Shown here: positions 22,961 through 37,764 of the stretch, in pieces
How the letters are laid out: every line of letters starts with the position of its first letter
Position numbering within the stretch: position 1 is the first letter of the stretch
Assembly: GCA_015680685.1 (NCBI GenBank)
Contig: MNCI01002506.1
Location: forward strand, 1-55,435
Length of the DNA: 55,435 nucleotides
Source: Gnetum montanum
Lineage: Eukaryota > Plantae > Gnetophyta
Reading direction: 5' to 3'
The notes under the pieces: model-generated
The model's input: only the letters and a program-made list of their open reading frames with translations
Told to the model about the DNA's origin: nothing
The model's database searches: none
Made by a program: the position numbers and the translations under genes

Positions 22961-25900
22961 GAGATGATGGGATATCTAGGAGGAGATAACTTAGCATTGT
23001 AGAAAAGTTTTAGCAGAGTGGTAGATGGGGAAGAATAGAATTAGGATGATAAATTATTTGGGGTTGGAAAGTGCTCAAAGGATGGATCAAGATATGCAAT
23101 GAATAATACAAAGGGCAATAGTGGTTTGGTCTTAGATTGTATTACATTTGTGAATGTGCTTCAAGAAAAATATTTGTTCAAGTAGAATTAGAAAGATTAT
23201 TATAGATAAGAGGATTTTACTAGCTTCAAGAGTTCGAATGGTCCTAGGGTTTTTATCTTAGAAATGATGCTTAAGACATAATAATAACATTTCCAATGTA
23301 CACTTATTGGAGTATTCAATGATAGGATTCTTGTTCTCAAGGAGTTAAGGCATGGAATACTAAGACTTGGTGAGAGGTCATGGTATAGGTTAGTATTTCA
23401 CAAGGAAATGCAGTGTTGTTAATTTTTGAAGGTAATGGAATCAATGATGGCTTGGAAGATTGGTTAGCGAATTATGCATGTCAAAAAATGGATTCTTGAG
23501 CATTTTTCATCATAAAAGGAGATTGATAATAAGATTTGGATCAAAATGTGGTTAGTTATGTGGATGCATCTCCCTAGAATTTCAATTGAATTTTGGTTAG
23601 AGAAGGTTTTGTGAAGAATCACTAACATCTTTGGAAAACTTTTGTTAATTGATTTATACACATCTTCTGGGATTCTTTGTGTAGTGACATAGATTTATGT
23701 ATGAATGTAGGATAATATGGAGGTCTTACTGTAGATTATCTTGCAAGAACCTCACAAGTATTTTTTCTAGCTAATATTTTATGATAATTTTTAAATATTT
23801 ACAAGATTTGTGCTAAGAAATGATATATCTTAACCCAATGCTAGTGGAACATATGGGTATAGAGGAGAAAGATATGAAGGTAGTGGAATTGGTAATGGCC
23901 TAGAGGGTTGGTTAGCTAATCATACATGTCAAAAAATGGATTCTTGGGTAGTTACCATTGGAAAAGAATATTGATGATAAGATCTAGACTAAGAGGTGGT
24001 TGGCTATGTGGATGCATCTCCCTAGACTTGATTTAATTTTAATTAGAGTATGTTTTGCAGAGAATCTTTAGCATCTTTGGGAAGCTTTGACTAATCTATG
24101 TACTTCTTCTAGGATTCTTAGTATGATAACATAGATGTGTATCTAGATGTAGCTATGGCCACAAATTATCTTGTAAGAGCCTTATGAGTACTTTTTCTAG
24201 TTAATATTTTATAATAATTTTTTGAATATATGTCAAATATATGTTAAGAAAGGACATATATTAACCTAATGCTGATGAAACATGTAGACAAGGAAACTGA
24301 CATAGGATAGGGAGAAGGAAGGAGTTCCACCTAGGCTAAAAATTAGTATAGATGCTCGAGCTACCCAAAGAGCCCTTGTGGATGAGGCCACTAATAATGG
24401 TAGACATCAAGTAATAGAACAATCTCTATAGGCTATAGCTCTAGTCCTAGGAGGGTTAGCAAACACATTGAGGTTAAAGGTAAGTCATATGACCTCATTT
24501 TAGGGAGCCAAAGGGGATGATAATAAGAAAACCAAAGTTGATGACTAAGAGGGTTGATAGTTAGTTAGCTAGAAAAAATAGAGCTCAAGTACTATGGAAC
24601 CTTAATAATGAAAAACCTAGATAGATGTAAAATAGGATGATGGAGAGGCATGATAAGGTCAAAAAAAATAAAAACACTATAGGCATGCTCAGAAAGGAAT
24701 GACCAACAAATCTTATTCTTAGGTGATTCACAAGGGAAAGGGCTTAGTTAAGTATCAACTATGAAAGACTAAAGAAAGAAAACTATTCATGATATTGTTA
24801 ATGGATAGTAAGAAATGTTGGACTTTTTCTAGGAATAATCTTGACAAAGAAGATAAGGTAGCTTTGATGTTAGTAAGAAATTCATTAATGGAACAAGGTA
24901 TGATAGTTGATAGAATTGTTAAGATGCTTCCAATAATATGATTTTCTTATCTTAGAATTGCCCTCATCTCTAGGGGCTAAAAAATCCATTTTTCAAAAAT
25001 GATGTTACAGGTGAATGTTGTAGATGTTTCTTTTCTTCAAGAGATAAAATTGGACGTTTTTTCATGGGATTGCTAGCCTAGCTAGATAGGATTTGAGGTT
25101 TTATCTTAAGCTTTTAGTGGAGGGTTGGTCTATCTTTAATGAAATAATCTAAATTTTTAGCATAGGAATTTTTCTCCTAATATGGTTGGTATCATGGGAG
25201 AAGGGTTAAAAATTTTAAATGTGTATGATATTTTTATTAGCTTTTAATGATAGGAGTTTAAAAGAAGGGTACTAGAGCTTAGAGGTGAGAAAGATTGGAT
25301 TATTAGTGAAGATTGGAATTTCATAAGATGGGGAGAAAAGGTCCAGCCCATTGACTCAAAACATATTGGTGATTTGGTGGAACTTAGGGTTCCCTTTTGT
25401 TGTTTCACATGTAAATGATCAAAATCTAAGAACAAGTTAACAACATTTTATATTGATTAGGTTTTTCTTAATAGGTCATGTTGGAAAGGCCTTGTCATGG
25501 GTTTTTCAGATCATAGATCCATCTTCTGTGAATGGAAAAATAAGATCTCTTGTCAATTATCTTTTAAATTTGAGAATGTTTGGCTTTCTAAGAAATGCTT
25601 TCAAATTGAGTAAGAGCATATTTGAGGTGTGAAAGTGGTTATTTTTGGATCTCATGAAGTGTTGTAGAAGCATGTGATGTTTTTATGTTATTACTCTTAG
25701 TAGTAGAGGTAAACATGACTTCCAACAATGTAAGTTTCTTTGGACAAGATGGGCTAGATCCAATGAGAAGTAGATTCATTACTAGAGTGAGATTCCATTA
25801 TATAAGATCTAGTGATGATAGAGAAATAGGTAAGAACCTTAACTCACGAGAATAAGGTCTACTAGAAATAATGCTACAAGGAGAGATGTTTAAAGGAAGT

Positions 25901-28900
25901 AGATTAGAATTCCACCTACTTCCATATGATCACAAATAGGATAAATCAAAAGAGGTCCTTAATCAAAATTTTCCTAGATACCCAGCATAAACTTTAGGTT
26001 GTAATTACCTATTTTTTCACTTTGTATGATTAGAATGAGAGGGTTAACCTTGGACTATTGGAAGATATGATTCCATAGTTGGTTTCCTCTATTAATAATG
26101 AATTCTTATAGGGAAGACTCTCTAGAAAGGAGATTTGTTTAATAGGAAGACACCAAACCACAAGTCATCTAGGCTATATTATTGGAACTTTGAATGCATC
26201 AAAGCCTATCAAGATGTCATTGGAAGGGATTTTGAGGATCTTTTCAAGTAGGATTCAAGTATGGTACTTTCTTCAAAGCCTAAAATAATACCTTCATTTT
26301 ATTGCTCCTCAAGGAGGAGGAGGTATAATTCCTATGGGATTGTAGAACTATTATTATTTGAAATTATTTTTATAAAATTTTTCTAATTTTGGTGAATCAG
26401 ATAAAGCCCTTGTTAGCAAATATTATAGAGGTAGATCAATTGGGATTCATCCATGGGAGAAACATTATGATAGTGTCATTGTGATAAATAAGGCTTTGCA
26501 TTGGGCTTACATTAAGAAATAGAAGATTTTCTTTATCAAATTTGATTTATTAAAATCATATGATAAGGTGGACTGGAATGCCTTACTTTTCACCCTATAG
26601 AAATTGGAGTTTTGTAGAGGGTTCTATAAGATGATCAAGTTCATGCTTTCTATGGTTAGATTTCAAGTTTCTCTAAATGTACAAATACCTTAAAAAATTT
26701 TTCTAGGGTGGGGCCTTTGACAAGATGACCTATTATCACCATATCTCCTTGTTGTTATTGCTAATAAAATTTGTAGATGGATAAAAATTTTGAATGTCAC
26801 ATCCTTATTTCATTGGAACCTTTGCACTCTTTATTATATGAATGACATGATGATTTTTTTTCTTAACATTTATTCTAGAGGCCAAAAATGTAATGTAGGT
26901 GTTGGATGGATGTTTTTAATTAATAGAGCTTGAAGTCAATTAAAAGAAGATAGATCTTTTTCATGTGGGGTATCCAACAAAAGGATTTGAATATACAAGG
27001 AATATTTTTAAATGTATTGTTAGCTCACTCCTAGCTACCTACATGGGTAGCCTCTATTTTGTAGATAGAAATAAACTAATTATTAGAAGGGAGTTTTGAG
27101 AAAGATGTTGAAGAATTTAACTTCATAGAGAGGTATGTTTCTATTTTTTTCAAGAAAGCTAATTCTAAATAAATCTATGCTTGGGATAATGTAGCTATCC
27201 TAGTTCATGCAAGTAGTTGTTAGCTTCGAGACTTTAGGTGGTAGGCCTAATTTTTTGCTACTAATGTCACTTGGAAGGTTTAATCCTAGATAGGCAAGCC
27301 CTAGCTAAACTATATTTGGATATGTTATTATAATCTATGGACTTGCCCAATGAAAGTATTTGAGATTTAGAAAACTATTAGGAAAGAATGGACTTTCTTT
27401 TAGTCACTTAGATATTAGAAATTTGAAAAAGCAAATATTTTAATGGAAGCTCTTCTAGTAGGATAAGCTTATCATAAAATGATTAGAAATTTTTTTTTTG
27501 TGATGTATTCATAATATTACATTAAAGTCTAGGGGTTTATATAAAGGATTGGTTTAGTAGGGGATAGTGGAAAGTTTCCTTAATCTTTCATGATGATAAT
27601 AGACATGTCAATTCACTAGAATTCTTAACATCCTTAAAAGACATAGTTGCCTCCAATTAATCCCATAAAAATACCTTTCATTTTGTTTTAACAAATCATA
27701 GACATTGGATATCATGTCTTTATAGGTAATTGTTTGCCAAAATGAGAGGATGGGACCTTACTTGGAGGTTTCATTATCAAGTAAAGATTATATTTTTTTT
27801 GCTTGATTATTGGCTTATTATGTAGTTCTCACTCATAAAAAACTCTAGTGATAGGGAGTCACCATGTGTGGATCATCAAACTTAGAAAAGGGGGGCAGGG
27901 GGGGAGAGGGATGAATAAGTTCCCTAAATTAAAAATTTGTTAGATAAAGTACACACACCAAATTTAATGTGGTTTTCCAACTTGGGTAGTCCACACTTAG
28001 AAGGTAGATCTCAAGTACACCTCTAGAATTTGTTGCTCTTAAATGTGATTTAAAGGATCCATACCTTGTACAGTTTTTAAGTCCTGCTTTGGAGTGTTAT
28101 GTCACAACAACCATTCAAACTTGTAAGGTCTTGTTAGGCTTGGAATGTGGTTTCTAAGCTTCCACAACCTTTACAATCTTGAGTTTCTCTTCAGAGTGTT
28201 ATGTCGTAATACCAATCACTCAATCTTGTAGGATCTCGACAAGATCAAGCAAGATGCCTTCCCACAAGAATCACATCAAATTCATAGGGCAAAAAAAGAG
28301 AATAATTACAAGGGATAAATGCAACTTAGTTTTTTGATCCTTGTACTTTGAGGTACAACACAATTTATAATGATCAAAACATAGAACAATGGGGAGCAAC
28401 AATGTTTACAATGATTGATAATTGATTATACAATTATTTTACACAAGCTTGCATTTTTTTCAATGCATATGATGTCTTCTTATACTTGCCATGTTTCTAA
28501 ATCCATCTTGAAATTCATGCAATGACTAGTCAATGATCACTAACAATCATGGAAGACATCTTCTTTATGCTTGATTTGTCTTTTTGAATTTACCTTCTAT
28601 TTTGGAAATACATCTTTGTCTGGGAAAGATGTCTTTCTAAAATCTTGATTCTAGGAAGACATTTTTGTCTAATGGAAGATGTCTTTCTAAATCTCACTTG
28701 AATTTTGTGAAGATTTCTGTCTCTGGTAAATATTTCTTTGCCCAAGGAAAGACTTCTGTTGTTTCTTGAATATATCTTTATCTGAGTTTACTACAATTCT
28801 ACCAAGATGTCTATTTTTTCCCAGAGACATCTTTGTTCATGTTCATCAAACTTCCGCAATCTTTCTTGTCTTTATCTCTTCATTCATTGTCTACAACCTT

Positions 28901-29889
28901 GATCTTTTGCATGTGTTAATGATGACAACTTTGCTTGTATAGTATCTGGTCCTCATCCATGTTCTTTGGAATTCTTGCATGTTCATTTGGGACCTTATGG
29001 ATGACCTTCTCCTTTGAGCTCTAAACCAATTTGTTTCTCATCATCTCTATAGGCTTTAGCTCATCTTGGTTTCCCATGTACATTGTTTTACAAACACAAT
29101 AACAACACAACCATGTAAACAATCTTTGACTCCATTTTACTTAATGTTTTGACATTACAAAAGGTTCATACCATGGTCTCTTGGTTTATCCTTTGCTATA
29201 AGGAGATCAAAAATATGACATGCCTTTTAAATGAATGTTTTTTTACAAAGGCTATAGATTAATTCATGTGCATGTGTACTAGGTTCCTTTGGGATTCGTG
29301 TTGGACAAAGAGTATAGAAGGATCCATCATTCATAACTACTTTCATGAGATTTCATTATGAGTGGAGGTTTCATGGGAGATTTAGCTCAAGTGGAATGCT
29401 TGAATTTTTGCTTGAAGTGCCTAAAATATACCTATAAATGCATCTTAAAAGCATTTATCAAATTTCAATTCTAGGAAGAAAACATCCATGAATGTATGAT
29501 GATAACATTGAACACTCATGACTTCTTATGAGATGAGTCAACATGACTCTGGTAAATTGTATCTTATTTTTCTTTTCTAGATATGCATATGATCTATTTT
29601 AAATGAACTTTATAATGTTCCACATGATTATTTTTTGATTTTTTATTTTGATGTTCTAAAGGAATGCTTGAGCCTTTTTGGTTTGTTGGAAATGAGATTT
29701 GGATTTTCTTCCCTTAAAGTTGATGCATGATCATTCTAATGGTTTGATTCTTGGTTGGCTTCATGGTCTAGATGTTTATCTGTTTTACTAGAGGAACTTA
29801 TTTCTCCATGATGATACTATTTCTATAATTACTAATCTGAGGTTCATCCCTCTCCTTATTTAAATGACTAGAATTTTCCTTTAAAAAAA
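22960..29889 (+). mobile_element. Decayed L1-clade LINE (ORF1 + endonuclease/RT/zf-RVT) inserted in element C; 5' boundary approximate
   Basis: ORF1 motif WMHLPRISIEFW...IFGKLLLID. Endonuclease remnants SGGLV, LNVY, WIISEDWN, SDHRSI. RT remnants FDLLKSYDKVDW, GLxQDDLLSPYL, LLYMND, LLATYMG. zf-RVT-like WFILCYKEIKNMTCLLNECFFT. A-run at ~29883-29889. Confidence 0.85.
27867..29170 (-). repeat. Solo LTR of the E family inserted in the L1 zf-RVT region; TSD CCATG
   Basis: CCATG at 27862-27866 and 29171-29175. Starts TGTGGATC and is homologous to 9760-10878. Confidence 0.9.
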
Positions 29890-30649
29890 GGATGAGAACA
29901 TATATTCACAATGATAAATTGCTATGATTAATTCACAAGTACATTAAGGGATGCTCATCAAACTAGATATATTTGTTCATATTCTTTGATATTTTTAAGT
30001 GTAAAGGTTTATTTACATTGTAGAAAAGTAAAACACATTAATGCTTATTGCTCATATAGAAATCAAATATTTAAGGATCCTTCTCACTAGGGGTCTATGA
30101 GATAGAATAGATATTGCTTGTATTGTTATGGGAGAAGGAGATGGATATGACATAACTAAACAAGAACACCAAGAAAATTATGAAGGAGGTAGAAACAAAG
30201 AACTACAAAGATCAAGACACTAATTAAAAAAGAAATCAAGAAAAGCTTATATGATATGGTAAGTGAAGGAAAAAAACTTATCATGCATAACTACTTTATG
30301 AGGTTAAGGTTGGAACCATTCTCAACTAGGTAAGTCAAATTAAAATTTTATCTAATATATGTAGGTTATGGTGGATTATTTTATTTTTACATTTTCCTTT
30401 TTCTCCAATCCTTGGAAAAATATTTTTGAGACATGAAAGATCTCATGCATGCCCCAAAAGATTATTCTCAAGATAGGATGGACATCCATCATTAGTGTGG
30501 AACATCCTAGTTGGATTCTTGAATGTTCATATTAACAGTCGGATGTCCTAGTCATAGGTAGGAAAAACAAAGGGCCCTAAAATCCTAGGATGTGATGAAT
30601 TAAGGTCCTATATATCCTTATTTTCTTATTTTGCACTTATTTTGAAGAT

Positions 30650-32280
30650 GTTTAAGCAACAAGGAACTAGGAAGGAAGAAGAAGAAGAAGTGAAGCTTGA
30701 GCAACCTAGCAAGGAAGAGAGAAAGTACCCCCTCACTTTGGTAGTGAACAATCTAGTTGTGATAGAGTAGTAGTGGATAAGGATGCTTTCTCACATCTAG
30801 ATGAGAAAGGATAAAAAATTCATTTAGATCTAAATGAGTAAAGAATACGTATGAGTCTTACTAGCATGTGTCTATTACTATTAAGAGGATGCTTAATTTT
30901 AACTCACAAAGGAAGTGATAGATTTAGAATTATTTTGATGCTTTAGGAATCACTTTTATTTTGAGTTTTATCACTACTATACCTAAGATTTTAATCAAAT
31001 ATTTTTTTTGTAATATTTAGTACATGGATGTGATAATTGCAACATTTATTACTTTAGTTAGTAACACAATTATTTTAGTATCTCCTAGTTTGATTAATGA
31101 GTTGCTAGGGTTTGATGCTTCAAGTGTACATAGGTTATGGTGAATGACTATAATGAGATATTTTCTAAGAGCATTTTTGTAGTATTAAAAAGGGATTGAG
31201 ACTACTTTGTGGTTCCAACTTTGTGTTGAAACATAAAGTGTTCATAGAAGACATGAGAGTAGATGCTTTAACTAGCTTACTTATCATTTACTACAATCCT
31301 GTCATAAAGGGTATGAGTTATTACCATCTTTTTTCATTGTATGCCTTAGTTCTCTATTGTTTGCTTTTTAATGTAAAGTTGGACTTTAGATATATCATCA
31401 ATAGAGATATTATGACTAAGAATGCTAAAGCCCAAACTTTTGAGCACCTACTACTAATTAAACTAATCATCATACATATTAAGATTAACATTATGGTATG
31501 ATTAACATCCATGGTAAAAAGGGAGAGAAAAGCATATAGAAAAGAGGGGTGGATGTAGTAAAGGAGCAACAATTGTAGTAGGATTCGCTATAGACCTCAT
31601 CTCTCTCATTTCAAATTTGTGGAAGATTAGTTTGTATTCATCCTAAATAAGGCTTTTAGGCATTTTCCAAGAGCATTGGAAAAATATCTTAGAACTTGTA
31701 TAAGTTGGCCAGATAGTTTGAGAGGCTTAATAAGAGATAGGCTAGCACCTCTTAGCAAGAGGAGTTTCCTCCTATTTTTGATGAGAAGGAGATTGGAATG
31801 CCCACTTAGTCAAAGAAGGATTTTTTTCATGCTTGTGTTTTTTATGTTCATTCATCTAAGGATTATGATTCATGGATGATAGAAGAATTGGTGGATATAT
31901 CACCTACAAGGAAAGCACATTAGTGGGAGGATTAGTGAGGATATGATGATCAATTTTATTATTCACATTCAACTATAGATATAGGTTAAGGAGAAGTTTT
32001 CTTGCAATAAAAAAATCATACATGATAGTCCATTCATTCATGGTGACATGGATAGTTTCTTTATTTCTATGATACTAAAGATCTATTAGTAATACAATTT
32101 TCACAATGAATCACATGCTTTCCATTCATTTAGATAAACATTCATGAGAATAGATTTTGAATAGAAGATTCAACCACATAGACCACAATTAGTTGTATTA
32201 GAATTAATGGATTTAGAGGATAATTCATAAACTATTAGTAGCGATGATGATGAGTATTATCCTATTAAGTAGTAGTATGA
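30650..32280 (+). pseudogene. env-like / extra ORF remnant of element C (boundaries approximate)
   Basis: MRVDALTSLLIIYYNPVIKGMSYYH (in ORF 31196-31501) aligns with MTLDAFTLSLIVLYNIMVKExSYSY of the element E extra ORF. Same position, upstream of PPT-like purine tracts. Confidence 0.55.
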
Positions 32281-32432
32281 GGGTTCAAATTAAGTAGATA
32301 TGGAAAGCTTATCACCTTTTTGAATGATGTCCAAAAAAGGGTAAAAGGGAATGAGAAGATCATATCCATGTATTCTAGTCTTAGTGTTCATACATCCTCT
32401 ATCTTTTGTATTACATAATTTGTTATCTTAAC

Positions 32433-32942
32433 TGTGACATCCTGTTTCCAGATGTCATAAAAACACAATCGTTCATTTCTTAATTCATCACATTTGTAAG
32501 TATTATAATGGAAATACCATGAAATAACTTAATGAATGAATAATTTGGTAAATTACTAGTGCATTAAATTTTACAAGAAGTTAAAATAGAGAAAAAATTT
32601 ATTAATAAGAGTGGTATACTATAACACCCTCTAGGTTATTTTCCCATGCCACTTAATCCTTAGAGGTAATTTGGCACTACCACCATGATTAGGCTATCCA
32701 GTTGAAGGGGTGATCAATCCTTTCTTGTCCTACTTCACCCGACTCTTGTCACTTGTGAGTTTAGGTTCTATGACTCTATACTGGCATGACCTCTAAACTC
32801 AACTTTAAATGGCATAGGTAAAACCCATTCTTGAGGAGTACATAAATAATTGTAACTCCTTATAATGAGGTATCCCTTCATTCAAAGGTTAATTACATTG
32901 TTTATAATACATTTCCACCCTTAAAATGGATATGACGTTACA
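32433..32942 (-). repeat. Solo LTR of the D-type family; TSD TTAAC
   Basis: TG...CA termini (TGTGACATCC...GACGTTACA). TTAAC at 32428-32432 and 32943-32947. Very similar to the reverse complement of 52356-52862. Confidence 0.92.
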
Positions 32943-33146
32943 TTAACCTTGCTTTGATGCATATCAACCTTAGTATATATCTTAAAATGAATGTTTAAAT
33001 ATATGAATATGTATGATATTTTTAAGTTATATAAATTTGTAACATTATATGATCAGCTTGAGCTTCTTGATCTCTATCTTTTATTATTTAGGGTTTTTAT
33101 TACTTACACATTATCAAGATTTTAGACATAATAAATAGGTAGAGAT

Positions 33147-33335
33147 TGTTGATCAATCTCATGTTTTGTTGTTCTAAAAACTAGATAATGGAGAAGCATG
33201 TTTAATTACCATTATATTTTAGGTTTTGACTTGATCAATGAGCACCACAATAAGGAAATAGTGAAAGGCTAGATCAAAGATCTTTGGATGCATGGAGGTT
33301 AATGATCAATCATCTTTCTAAACTCAATAGGTAGG
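33147..33335 (+). repeat. Element C 3' LTR, left part (interrupted by element B)
   Basis: Starts TGTTGATC after the PPT and matches 7329-~7520. Confidence 0.8.
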
Positions 33336-34229
33336 TGATGAAGCATCTAGTGGACAATGTCAATTAGGATGTGTTGATGAAGCCCTGTCAATGTAGCCAT
33401 GTCAACATGACCTCATCGATGCATCTTTCCATGCATTGATGTGGCCTCATCAATGCAGAGTTCATTTTCCACTATAAATATGCATGCATCCACTGCATTT
33501 AAGAACCTTTTTGTCAAGTTGTAGTGAAGCTCTTGCAGTTTATTCCTGCAGGAGTTAAACTATTTTTTCAAGTGCATGCCCACAGTGTGATGTTTGTAAT
33601 TGTATGAAACCTTTATTCGAGTGGGACATACTTGGACATGCACATGATCAGCAATAAATATCGAGATTACTCCATCATTGCAGCATTCACTTAGTTTTAA
33701 TTATTTAATTATTATTGTTAATCGTTATTTTTATTTATTGTTTTCTTAGTTAATATTTCTTTACTATCATTTACTATTCCTGTTGTTAGATGAAAAATGA
33801 GTAACACTTAATCATGAACATTGAAGTGTAACTACTTGGTAACCCAGTAGTGTATCTAGGAGTGCTCAAGTAATGTGCGCTTAATCCTAGAAGTAGTACA
33901 CGAAGTCCAAGATGCATATAGATAATTAAGGATGGATGCTCATCGCACTTAGGTTAGCTTAGACTTCATTTCCTATTGCTTATTAGTTTAATCAAGATTA
34001 TTTTCCATTGTCTCTAGGAGTAGCACTAGTTTAGGATCACATCATTCACCTCACTATGGACTAAACCATACATGATAAATTAATACTAGTCTAGGTGGGA
34101 AGATAGAGGACTGTGATCAATGTGTAACTATCTAGATACCACAACTAGTTCGTCTATGGAGTTCAACTAGATCGTGCATACATGCTCGTATTCATATGGT
34201 TGAGTATAGGGGTACCTCAGCACTCATCA
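33336..34229 (+). repeat. Element B 5' LTR
   Basis: TGATG...CATCA termini, CATCGATG-type repeats near the 5' end, and CTATAAATA TATA-like box at 33472-33480. Confidence 0.9.
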
Positions 34230-34230
34230 T

Positions 34231-34248
34231 TGGCACAATTGCCAGGGA
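34231..34248 (+). promoter_or_regulatory. PBS (degenerate tRNA-Asp type)
   Basis: TGGCACAATTGCCAGGGA versus Athila TGGCGCCGTTGCCGGGGA. Confidence 0.75.
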
Positions 34249-34619
34249 TGATGCTAGTTATTTAGATTAGTTGCATCATCCAAGATCATTGTAACAAAGC
34301 CTTGACAATATATCTTTTAGAAAGAAAGTAATTGCAAATAAGCCACACACAATTCATCACAATGTCTCTTTCACAAGATGATGACAACACAACAACTAGG
34401 AAGGAAATTTGTTGGAGAACCAAGGAATTATATGATGATGAAGGCAAAGTTTGGAGTACTCAATCTTATGCAGGGGTCTCCTATGTACATAAACAAAGAC
34501 AACATCATCCCAACTCACAAATTCATAACTTACCTAGTGATGATGAACTCCTGTTGGCCACTAAGAGCCTAATGCATATACAAGAGGCTATTTGAATATC
34601 TTGTAAACATCAAGAGAAA

Positions 34620-35510
34620 AGCCATCTACCCAGGCTTGATTTAAATAAATTTCCCAAGTTTTTAGGAGGCTATGCTCTAGATCTGCAACATCATTTACAA
34701 GCCTTCTATGATGCATGTGTATGGAACAACATTAATAATGGATGGAAAAGACTTAAACTCCTTCCTGTGACACTCATTGGCCAAGAAAAAGTATGGTATA
34801 GGTCCTTAAAACCAAAATCAATTTGACATTGGCTAACAATGGTAGAACTCTTTAATGAAAGATATCAAACTTATGCAAGAGTATCAACCTTTAGGAGACA
34901 AATCCAAGAATGGAAACAGGGGTAGCATGAACCCTTGGACATGGCCTTAGAAAGATACTATTCATTGTTAAACAATTACCTTGGCCATGGGTTCTCCGAG
35001 GAAAGGCTAATGTACCACATCATGGATGGGCTCTATAATGAAACAAGGGAGACCTTGGGGATATATGCCCCAAGTCAACTATATAAACTACAAACCCACC
35101 AATTCAAAGAGCTTATTAAGTGGGTAGCAAAAGAAGAAGGAGAAATGGCTAAATGGGAGAATGTTGAAAGTTCTCAACAGGACCTAAATCTCAAAATAGC
35201 AAAGGGCCATGATCATGAAGAGGAGAAATCAACTCGCCTCAAGGAGGTGGAATCATATTTGCCGATACTACAATCACTAGATGAAATTGAGGCTAAGATC
35301 AATGATATGATGGAATGGGTTCAGGAAAAATGTGGAGAATATGCCAACATTATTAAAGGTGAATCCATGCCAACCTAAGAAATAGGATAGGACATAACAC
35401 AACAATCGAAAAGAAGGGTTGAAGAAAATAAGGATAAGAGCTCAACTATAAATCACCCATATCAATGGGATGTTTGCTTGTACAATCATCCCAAAGGCCA
35501 ATGCCCAATA
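34620..35510 (+). pseudogene. Element B gag remnant
   Basis: FPKFLGG..DLQHHLQAFYDAC...RLKLLPVTLIGQEKVWYRSLKPKSIxHW...ERYYSLLNNYLGHGF (includes ORF 34935-35378). Knuckle-like DVCLYNHPKGQCP at ~35470. Confidence 0.85.
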
Positions 35511-37764
35511 TTTTCACATTTACATGTGCATTGGGAAGGAATGTTACATCCAGATTTCATGCAGAAATACCAGGTTCAACCACAGTGGGAAAAACTCCAG
35601 TCATGGGGGAGGCCACCGTCTAACTAGTCACACCATTCATACCTTTTGAACCCAAGCGCTTATTATGTTTAGCATCATGTTTCCCCAACCGGGTTAACAT
35701 CCTCTATTTCACCACATTGTTAATTCTCTTGAGTACTATCAACCCATGTCCTCGCCAACAAGATCACCACTTCATGTTTCTTATACTTCTCCTTGGCCTC
35801 AATATTCTCATCATTCACCTCCTTCTACATCACCACCAATTGTGCTAGAATTTTGCACCACAGCATCAACCCACAAATGTTACTTGTGCTGCTACTATCA
35901 ATAGCAATGGGAAAACTCCACAAAATCCAAAGCATCTTTTCTTTAGGCAGGACTGTAGAAAGAGACAGCATGGTTCCGAAAACCACTGCATCCTCCAACT
36001 CAACACAAGTTCAACACTATGATGCATCTGCCTCCTTGAACTCAATGCCTCATGTTACTCTATTTGGGCCACCAATCAACACTCCAAAAACCATGCAGCC
36101 CAATGAATATAGCCATGTGAAAAGACATATCGATCCTTGCATACCATCTTATGGTCATGAGTGCCGTAGTGGGTCAACTCCTTATCACATGACCACATCT
36201 TATAATTTTCCCCACTATTGCAACTTTAATCAAGTGTGTGAACCCCAATTTAGGTACACTTTAGCTACCACATCAAAAGGCACCCAGTGGTTTGGATATG
36301 ACCATACTCCAATATTTCCCACATGCATGGATCTGCATTTTCTATTTATTAATCCTAGCCATGCTCAAAAGTTTAGTTATGGGGGATATCCTCTATTCTA
36401 ATAAGTAGAATTAGTAAATGATTTTCCTTTTCTTTGATTTTACAATTTTTTTTTCCAGATTTTCATTTCCAATTTATTGTTTTATCTTTTTGAGGGTAAT
36501 CTCATCTATGAATAAAATACTCATGTGACTTATTGGTTGAGGTGTTTTTCTATGCTATCAAGTCTTAGGTGACTAATTATTTGGACATTGGGCCCATAAT
36601 ATCCACCCACCCATTCTATTAATAAGAGGTTCTACTCTGGGTTTGATGATATTCTTATCATCATTAAAACTTAAAGTAATTTTGTGCTTATTATGCCCAG
36701 AGAAAAAAATGATGGACAAAGAGGGAATGGCCAGGGTGTGACATCAAGGGGACTTTGGTCACATTTATAGGTGCTATCATGTAGCTTGGTTGTACTAAGA
36801 TCCTTGTAGATCTAATGAAAAATGGAAGTAAGAGTAATAAGGCACTCAACAAAGAAACTCAATGTTGTTCTAGGAGTCCCACTAGAAAGACATGCACCCA
36901 TGCCTGAAGGTTGGCAACTTCTCTAGATCACTTTTGGAAAAGACAAAGTGCTAAAGCAGCTAGAAGAAAAAAATCAAAGAAAAGATCAAAGAAGAACGTG
37001 CTACAAAGAAATTCCAAATCACTTCTCCCTTGGACAAAATGCTAGGTGATCATATGCCTTACTATGATGGTGCTCTTATGGTTGTCCATCATTGGATACA
37101 ATAATGCTATGTCACTGATTAGAGGCATGGACTTGGTCTTGATTTTGGAGTGAAAGGCTAATGGTACTTTAATCACACACAACACTTAGGATTCATTGTG
37201 CCCAGAGAAAGCTACCTCATGTCTCGATCTCTACAATCCCTTCTACGATTCATCTTACCTCACTGTCTAAGTATTTCTAACTTGTGTCTTGTGTGGCATA
37301 GAACTCATACCTCATCACGGTGGTATCTTGTGTGTTTTGTTGCGTTGGTACGAATTACATTTAACCCTTCTAGTGCCTATGAACATTTTAAGGTGTGGTT
37401 ATGCAAGGGTGTTATAGGTTGGAACCTGCTTTGGGGACAACCCACTTGCATAACATTTGTAACTTGTACTTGTTGCACACCACCACATCATTTTATAGCC
37501 TCCGAGTACTTCATTGTGAAATCTATTCTTTCCTTTGTCATCATTTTATCAAACGTTTCTCAAAACCATTACATGTCCTTTTATGTGTCACTTAAACAAA
37601 TTAGGTCTAACATTAAACTTTTAGGACAAATTTCTTGAAAAATTTCTAACTCTAAAATCACACTAAGTAAAAAATTCAACATTTATTAAGGGTAATGAGT
37701 AAGGTTTGAGATAATTAAACTTCTTTACATAACCTTACTGATAATTGATCTTTGTGTGATTACA

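Noticed and set aside
35793-36401. 202-aa ORF (and 37198-37638) as protein-coding genes
   Set aside because: Non-ATG starts, no recognisable domain, and located inside retroelement B.
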